Of a stretch of DNA of 64,000 nt, positions 58,240 through 64,000 are shown piece after piece. The stretch is taken from the sequence record CP089609.1, one strand, 5' to 3'. This DNA comes from a plasmid. Every line of letters begins with the position of its first letter. The first letter of the stretch is position 1. The translations under genes and the position numbers were made by a program. The notes under the pieces are model-generated. The model was not told where the DNA came from. It saw only the letters and a list, made by a program, of their open reading frames with translations, and made no database searches.

Positions 58240-58587
58240 ATGCTCACGGACCGCGCGGAACGTCACGCCTGGTGCATTCGAGACGACGAGGACGACAGCG
58301 TTGTGCATGCCTGCATCAAGGAGTACAGCGACACCGCCTTCACCGATATCGTCGTCGACTACGACGACACTGAGTACGCGCGCTATTTGAAGAACCTCGA
58401 CGAGGACCGGGACGACGCTTTCACACCGCGAGGGGAGAAACACTTCAAGATGCATCGCGTCCCTGAGACGGATATCCCACCGCATGTCGAGATCGTCGGC
58501 TGCCACTGGCCACGCAGACTCAAACTCGACCCCGAGAGTCCCGACTGGGACACCACGCCGCTGGCCGCGACCCACCCGAACACATAG
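58240..58587 (+). CDS. Acidic hypothetical protein
   Basis: 115-aa ORF. Confidence 0.4.
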   Translation: MLTDRAERHAWCIRDDEDDSVVHACIKEYSDTAFTDIVVDYDDTEYARYLKNLDEDRDDAFTPRGEKHFKMHRVPETDIPPHVEIVGCHWPRRLKLDPESPDWDTTPLAATHPNT

Positions 58588-58653
58588 CGGTCACTAGACA
58601 CGCAAGCAACCGAGACATTTGCCCAACCGAGAGCATGATCGGAGTCCCCCATC

Positions 58654-59547
58654 ATGAACAGCAGCATCGACATGCACGGCACGCCAAAGCAAGCCGACTA
58701 CGCCCGCCGAGCCCTAGCCCGCTATACCGAACGTTCCGTACCAAGGCCCGCAGTTCAAAATCCGGGCGAAGACGAGTACGTGACATTCAACGGCGGATGG
58801 CTGCACGCTATCGCCATCGACGAGGACGTGTTCGCACCCGAGTTTGTCACCGAGCTGCGCGACAAAGTGATCGGCGACCTGATCCACCTCACAGAGGAGC
58901 AACTCTCCGAAATCGCTCCCTCAGCCGAGCTGGATCCCGCTGTGGCCGGCCCTGAATTCCTCCACGAAGAGCTCGTGGAAGCGGACTGGGGCGTGGATGA
59001 CGAAGGCGTATTGATCTACATCGAAATCAAAGACGTCTACTTCAAGATCGACAGCGAAGGCCGCATCACGGGCTGCTCAGACGTCGCCAGCGTCGATACC
59101 TTCATCACCGACGCGGGCGCCAACTGCGTCATTCGTGCCATTCACCACCCGGCTGACGTCTTCGGCGCAACAGGAACCCCACTGCGGACCGCTTTCGACC
59201 TTCTCGAAGATCTCGATTCTGACCTCGACGCCATCAACGCCGCCCGACAAAATCTCCTGGCGGACAAGGGCATTGAATTCGGAGATCCCCGCTCGCTTCA
59301 TCAGCGCAGCGGCACGTACACATGTCGGGTGAACGCTGCAGAGAAGGCGCTCACTTCAGCTGGACGAAACGCACGCTTTCCCAGGTCATGCTGCCACGGA
59401 GACGAGTACCTCGCGATCGCCGCACGCGACCTGATCGGCAGTGCTCCGGACTGGACCTGGGACGCCTACGAACTCATCGCCCGCCCGTACGCGGAAGCCA
59501 CAGGCCGCAAGCTTCACCCCGCCGACCCCGATTGGCTAAGGGTGTGA
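58654..59547 (+). CDS. Hypothetical protein
   Basis: 297-aa ORF with coding-like composition. Confidence 0.45.
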   Translation: MNSSIDMHGTPKQADYARRALARYTERSVPRPAVQNPGEDEYVTFNGGWLHAIAIDEDVFAPEFVTELRDKVIGDLIHLTEEQLSEIAPSAELDPAVAGPEFLHEELVEADWGVDDEGVLIYIEIKDVYFKIDSEGRITGCSDVASVDTFITDAGANCVIRAIHHPADVFGATGTPLRTAFDLLEDLDSDLDAINAARQNLLADKGIEFGDPRSLHQRSGTYTCRVNAAEKALTSAGRNARFPRSCCHGDEYLAIAARDLIGSAPDWTWDAYELIARPYAEATGRKLHPADPDWLRV

Positions 59548-59666
59548 CCGGCGACCAAGTGCACCAGCACGTGTGCCTGTCGAGCCCGGGCTGCCAACGC
59601 TTCGCACTGCAATGGCGCGTGGCCAGCACATAACCCACCCGGACCAGGAAGCGAGCCCCACTGTTG

Positions 59667-60700
59667 TCAGGCGGTGGGAATAGTGCGGAGCGCGTTCATA
59701 ATTGCCGCGTTCTCCCGCGCAAAGTTGAACACAGTCGGCGGTGCCAACCATCGGCCATCATCTGGCACGTCAAGTGCGGCTGACGCGGGGCGCATCACGA
59801 GAACATGGTGAGACCCAGCCGCTCGCCCCAGCCCCACCCGGTAGCCGACATTGCCGATCAACTGACGCATATCCTCTTCGCAACGGTCACTGTCGCGAGG
59901 GTTCAACCAGGACAGGACGTGTATGCCCAGACTCGCGCGCGCCTCGGCCGAACCTATCCGCTCCAGGGGAAACATGGAGCTCGCGACGCCGCGGCCGACC
60001 GGTGCATCGATGATCGCCACCAAATCTGGCAACACCGGCGCGTCCGGGGCAGGTCGGCTTGCCTGTACGCGCCGATGCTGTCCACGCAATATGCGGCCAG
60101 AATGTCTTGGCGCCGTTGATACTCGCACCGGAGCACCTCACCGAGCTCATCGACAATCGGCGATACTCCCGCTCCAAACGGATCGTCGGCGCTCGGGGTG
60201 CGCATCCAATGCTGCAGAACGTGAGGCAGTCCCGTCGGCAGGTCCGCAAAAGTGCCCTGTCCAAACGCGTCTAGATCCGCCAGCAGTAGATTGACCCGCT
60301 TCGGGAGTACTGCAAGCAGAGCGCCGCCGCGGCGGCGGCGAGGAGAGTGCTTTTGCCGAGACCCCCACAACCTCCAGCAACGAGGCCGAAGATCAAGCCA
60401 GGTACCCCGACGGTGACCACGGCCCCGTCTTCGTCGTAGCCCACCGGGATCTGCAACTCTGAGTCGTGCTCATGGGTCCGCCAGACACCGGCGGGGTCGA
60501 AACCTCTGGTAGTGATACCGAGAGCTTCAGCGAAGCTGGGCACGATGGACGTCCGAGTGACAGCTCGGGCTGCATCGCGATATTCGCCGCCATACTTGGC
60601 TTGGTGGGCACGCGCGGCTTCTTTGCGGGCATTGTTTCGCTGGCGGGGATGATTGGTCACGAGAGGCCTCCATTGCTTACCTTCGGGCGCACCCCACACA
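59667..60700 (-). pseudogene. ParA/MinD/CpaE-like ATPase remnant spread over three frames (two apparent frameshifts)
   Basis: Minus-strand ORFs 60798-60271 (..VTVGVPGLIFGLVAGGCGGLGKSTLLAAAAAAL), 60370-59954 (..RVNLLLADLDAFGQGTFADLP..) and 60128-59667 (..LVAIIDAPVG...VLVMRPASAALD...) together read as a ParA-like protein. Confidence 0.45.
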
Positions 60701-61094
60701 TGCAGTCCCAGATGACAACGGGGCGTTGTACCGCGTCGCCCGAAGGGCGGGGCCCCAACACAACAATGCCTGGTCGGGATTGCCGGTGCGGGCGGCACAG
60801 ACCGGACGAAGCTGGGGGTACGCCGCGCGGTGCGACGATGCGCTCCAGCCTATCGACGCGGCCACCGATTTCAACCCATGTCTGATCGCGCGCCTGACCG
60901 TTCGCTGGGTGACGCGGATCGTGAGGAACCAAGTTCCATGTGGTCTACACCGCGATCACTGCGACCTATATCGTCGAGCTCTACCAGGTCGAGCACGCCG
61001 AAGGCGGCCACACACCATCAGGGCGCCGGCCGGGTGGCAGATCGGACGGAAGCTCAGACCTGTTGGCTGGCTGTGGGATGCTCACCACTCGCAC

Positions 61095-61116
61095 TATACA
61101 CCGCCTCAGGTGTATA
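61095..61116. promoter_or_regulatory. Palindrome copy 7 (TATACACC-gcctca-GGTGTATA)
   Basis: About 100 nt upstream of the deaminase-fusion gene. Confidence 0.55.
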
Positions 61117-61213
61117 CAGCGGATTGGTTGGACACCTCCGTTCTCGCGCACATTTTCCAGGTCATGCGCCCATCCTGCGAACTTGATCACCTCCGGACAG
61201 TTACGCTGCGCGG

Positions 61214-62628
61214 GTGGTTACCAAGGGCCCGGAACTGGTCATCGGTCTCGTCGCACCGCTGGGCACGAGCACCACCGAACTCGCCACCGAAGTCAAAGGC
61301 GCACTGGCGGCGTACGGCTACAAGCCGGTCATCATCAAGATGTCTGACCTGATACCCGGATCCGGCCCGCTCGGTGAAGCAGAAGATGACCGGATCCGCC
61401 GGCTTATCGCTGCCGGCAATGCCTTCTGCAAAGCAAACGACGATGACCCGGCCGCCCTGGCCCGGCTCGCTATCAACAGAATCCGCGCCAGCCGCATCGA
61501 CCTGCTACGCCAAACCGGCGATACCCGTCCCACCGAGGACCTGGTCATCGGTGGCCGGCCACGCACCGCCTACATCATCCAGTCACTCAAGCGGCTCGAC
61601 GAAGTCCAGCTTCTGCGCGAGGTCTACGGCAGCCAGTTCATCCTCCTGGGCAGCCAGGGCACCCTCGAACAGCGCACCGCCAGCCTGATGCGGTTGAGCC
61701 TGTCCTCGCTGCCCGAATCCAGCCGCCGTGATCTGGTCAAACTCCTGATTCAGGTCGACGCCAAAGACGACGACCCGCTCGGACAGAACGTCAACGCCAC
61801 CTACCCGCAAGCCGACTTCTTCATCCGCAACAACGCCCGCAGTGAGATCGACAGGGCGATCGGGCTGCTGTTCGGAGCTTCCATCGCACCCGAGATCGGT
61901 GAATTCGCGATGTATGTGGCCCGGGCCAGCCGCGCCCGTTCCCTGGCCGCCAGCCGCAAGGTCGGCGCAGCGATCGTCGTCGGCGACGCAGTCGTTGCCA
62001 CCGGCTACAACGACGTCCCCACGGCCAGGAGGCCGACATTCTCGAAGGCGTCGACACCAGTGAACAGTTCAAACGCGACAACCTCTCAGACACTCTCCGA
62101 CGTCTCAAGTCCGCCGGCATGCTCAACGACGCCGTGACCATCGACGAGGCCGCCGTCTCCGCGGCCGCGGCCGCTCTCAAAGGTGGAGACCTGCTGAGCG
62201 TGATCGAATACCAGCGCGCCGTCCACGCCGAGGCCAGAGCCATCGACGACGCCACCATCCGCGGCGTCTCCACCGTCGACGGCATCCTCTACGTCACCAC
62301 CTTCCCGTGCCATCTCTGCTACAAGCACGCCCTGTCGGCACGGATCAAACGCGTCGAATACATCGACCCCTATCCCAAGAGCCGAGCCGTCCAGATGTAC
62401 CCCGTGGATGTCGAAGAACGACTCATCCCGTTCACCGGCGTCGCACCACGCCGCTACTTGGAGATTTTCGACGACCGCCCCGCACCCCAATCGGACGAAT
62501 CAGGGAGATTCCCCACACACGACCCGAGCGTCGCACAGCCACTTGTCGGACCCGTGAGCGAAGATGACAGCCGAGCCGACAAAGAACGCCGCGCGATCCA
62601 CCGGTTGAAGGAGCAGTACCGAACATGA
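61214..62628 (+). CDS. Two-domain protein: N-terminal kinase-like domain (degenerate P-loop) + C-terminal CMP/dCMP-type zinc deaminase; apparent -1 frameshift at CCCC run near 62018-62022
   Basis: The deaminase motifs RKVGAAIVVGDAVVATGYNDVP, HAEARAI (the zinc-binding HAE motif) and PCHLCYKH (PCxxC) are split between ORF 61214-62137 and ORF 62119-62628. The N-terminus has VIGLVAPLGTSTTEL, a P-loop-like GxxxxGT/S motif without the Lys. Confidence 0.6.
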
Positions 62629-62798
62629 CGCCACTACCAGGCCTGACCCCTCAGGACCGCGACTACCTGGCCAGATCAGCTGCCGACTTCAGCGACATCG
62701 ACGCCCGGACCCTCGCAAGAATCGACGCGGGTTTCGAGCGCGCGCACCAAACCGCACGAGGGATCGCCAACGGATTCCTCGACCCACTGACGCACTGA
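62625..62798 (+). CDS. Small ORF (57 aa) coupled by ATGA overlap to the deaminase gene
   Basis: Overlap only. Confidence 0.3.
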   Translation: MTPLPGLTPQDRDYLARSAADFSDIDARTLARIDAGFERAHQTARGIANGFLDPLTH

Positions 62799-62820
62799 CG
62801 AGTCACGGGGCGCTCACTGC

Positions 62821-63258
62821 ATGTCGAACGTGATCGACCGAAGAAAGAGCTTGCTGGCCCGATTCACAATGGACGACGGATGGCACGCACCGGAGATCAT
62901 CCTCGACGAAGACGCTTGCACAACGGCGGGACGCGCGCAGTATCGATCGAAATGCTCATGTGGCGTCGTGTCGCCCGCCACCGACAGCGCCATGGACGCC
63001 CTTGTGGCTCATACCGCGCACGTTGACACCCGCCTCGGACCTTCACACCTCGGCGCACGGATCGCACTGCTGATGTCGGTAATGCTGATGATCTGCGTCG
63101 GCTGCTACATGATCGGTGAGCTCCTCACCCACTCCTACAGCCTCGCCGGCACAACGGCCGCGATCGTGCGCGCCGGATCGTGCATCGTCGGCTTCGCAAT
63201 GGCCTTCAGCCTGATGCTGGCCGTCCGCCGGTTCATCGGGCCCACTCGCCACGCGTAG
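62821..63258 (+). CDS. Membrane protein with Cys-rich N-terminal region
   Basis: 145 aa with 2 TM helices. Confidence 0.45.
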   Translation: MSNVIDRRKSLLARFTMDDGWHAPEIILDEDACTTAGRAQYRSKCSCGVVSPATDSAMDALVAHTAHVDTRLGPSHLGARIALLMSVMLMICVGCYMIGELLTHSYSLAGTTAAIVRAGSCIVGFAMAFSLMLAVRRFIGPTRHA

Positions 63259-63291
63259 TCGATAAACGTAACGGAAAGGGCACCACGGGAA

Positions 63292-63645
63292 ATGACAGAC
63301 ATCAGCAACAGCGTTCAAGCTCCGCGCGGATGGGCAGTCCTGGACCATCACTACAACGACCGCGACTTACCCGAACCGTTCAGATCACTGGGATTCGACT
63401 CCAACAACCTCGGCGCTTCCGTGTGGCTGAACCTGGGAACCGGCGCGATGGTCGGCGCCATCCCGACCGGCCTCTGGAAACAACGCGCTAAATACGCCTT
63501 CTACCACGTCGCACCGAACGCTGGCCAAGCAATCCCGATGCCAGCATGGACCTACGAGCAGCCACAGTGGGATGGGTCCAACGTCAACGAATGTGTTCGG
63601 TTGCACGACGCCGCTATCGAGTACTTCAATAAGCTCAATGATTGA
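63292..63645 (+). CDS. Hypothetical protein
   Basis: GGAAAGGG SD; 117 aa. Confidence 0.45.
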   Translation: MTDISNSVQAPRGWAVLDHHYNDRDLPEPFRSLGFDSNNLGASVWLNLGTGAMVGAIPTGLWKQRAKYAFYHVAPNAGQAIPMPAWTYEQPQWDGSNVNECVRLHDAAIEYFNKLND

Positions 63646-63973
63646 CAACAGCAGTGATGGCTCGTCGCGAACCGGGATAATCGCCGATGGCTATCGCTAC
63701 GGCACTGATTGAGCAGTAGTCTCACGACGGTTCTCGACACACATCGATTCCCGATTACGCTGCCGCTCGCCTCGACGGCGTATACGACCTACCCGCGGTC
63801 GCCGAGCACGCAGTGGACCAGCTGGAAGCCAAGTCTCCGTTCGCATTCGAGCTGGGCCTTCTAGTCGAAGCATTCTTCGGAAACGACGAAGAAGTTGCGG
63901 TCGGGGTATCTGAAATGTTCCCCGACGAGAGACGCACCGCATCAAGTGGTCGAGTGGTTCCAACCCTACACCG

Positions 63974-63995
63974 TATACACCTGCTGCGGTGTATA
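63974..63995. promoter_or_regulatory. Palindrome copy 8 (TATACACC-tgctgc-GGTGTATA, TATAGT) at window end
   Basis: Perfect arms; an extra TACACC half-site lies just upstream (63966-63971). Confidence 0.55.
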
Positions 63996-64000
63996 GTTTG

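Noticed and set aside
1-64000. Searched for tRNA/rRNA genes, CRISPR repeats, IS elements, integrases and relaxases.
   Set aside because: No cloverleaf-compatible sequences, no spaced direct repeats of CRISPR type, and no DDE, tyrosine-recombinase (R..H..R..Y) or relaxase (HxH / Y-motif) patterns were seen in any ORF. Their absence cannot be proven without profile searches.

Overview
Annotation of a 64-kb high-GC (about 65-70% GC) actinobacterial, Mycobacterium-like window. It looks like a mosaic mobile element (conjugative plasmid or ICE-like) rather than core chromosome, and no rRNA, tRNA, CRISPR array, transposase, integrase or relaxase was recognised by eye. Positions 1-8450 carry a conjugation module: a VirB4/TrsE-like ATPase, a polytopic membrane protein, a transglycosylase + NlpC/P60 wall hydrolase and an FtsK/SpoIIIE-like coupling ATPase. 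Positions 8450-12970 carry small membrane and low-complexity repeat proteins and a SARP/BTAD-like regulator. A plasmid/phage-type DnaB helicase at 13067-15157 is interrupted by a 240-aa mini-intein that begins with Ala and has a block-F Cys (class-3-like). Positions 15200-33400 form a defence/addiction island on mixed strands: a wadjet/Mks-like jetA-jetB-jetC operon (minus strand) with no recognisable jetD and an apparently frameshifted jetA; hipBA; an Abi_2-family gene; an iteron-flanked winged-helix Rep-like gene next to a 13-C homopolymer; and a Gp49/HigB-HigA pair inside a lower-GC patch. Positions 33400-42300 hold a second, diverged conjugation-like set (three FtsK-like fragments split across separate genes, plus a second transglycosylase paralog) and an RNase II/R-family exoribonuclease with a C-terminal dsRBD. 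Positions 43800-50100 hold a candidate RNA-repair gene set: a P-loop kinase, a HAD phosphatase and a T4 Rnl1-family RNA ligase. Further on lie a Dam-like methyltransferase, a ParA-like ATPase remnant and a kinase-like + CMP/dCMP-deaminase fusion that resembles dCTP-deaminase defence proteins. Two short motifs recur throughout: a 22-bp palindrome TATACACC-N6-GGTGTATA (8 copies in promoter regions, likely an operator) and a conserved leaderless-promoter-like block GGCATATACCTCNGGNCATG ending in the start codon (10 copies). At least eight genes show apparent single-base frameshifts at GC/homopolymer runs (FtsK-like, repeat protein, jetA, 50073-51097 gene, dam, parA-like x2, deaminase). This means either element decay or indel-type sequencing error, so all frameshift and pseudogene calls are provisional. 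All functional calls are from motif-level reading of the translated ORFs; no database search was run.
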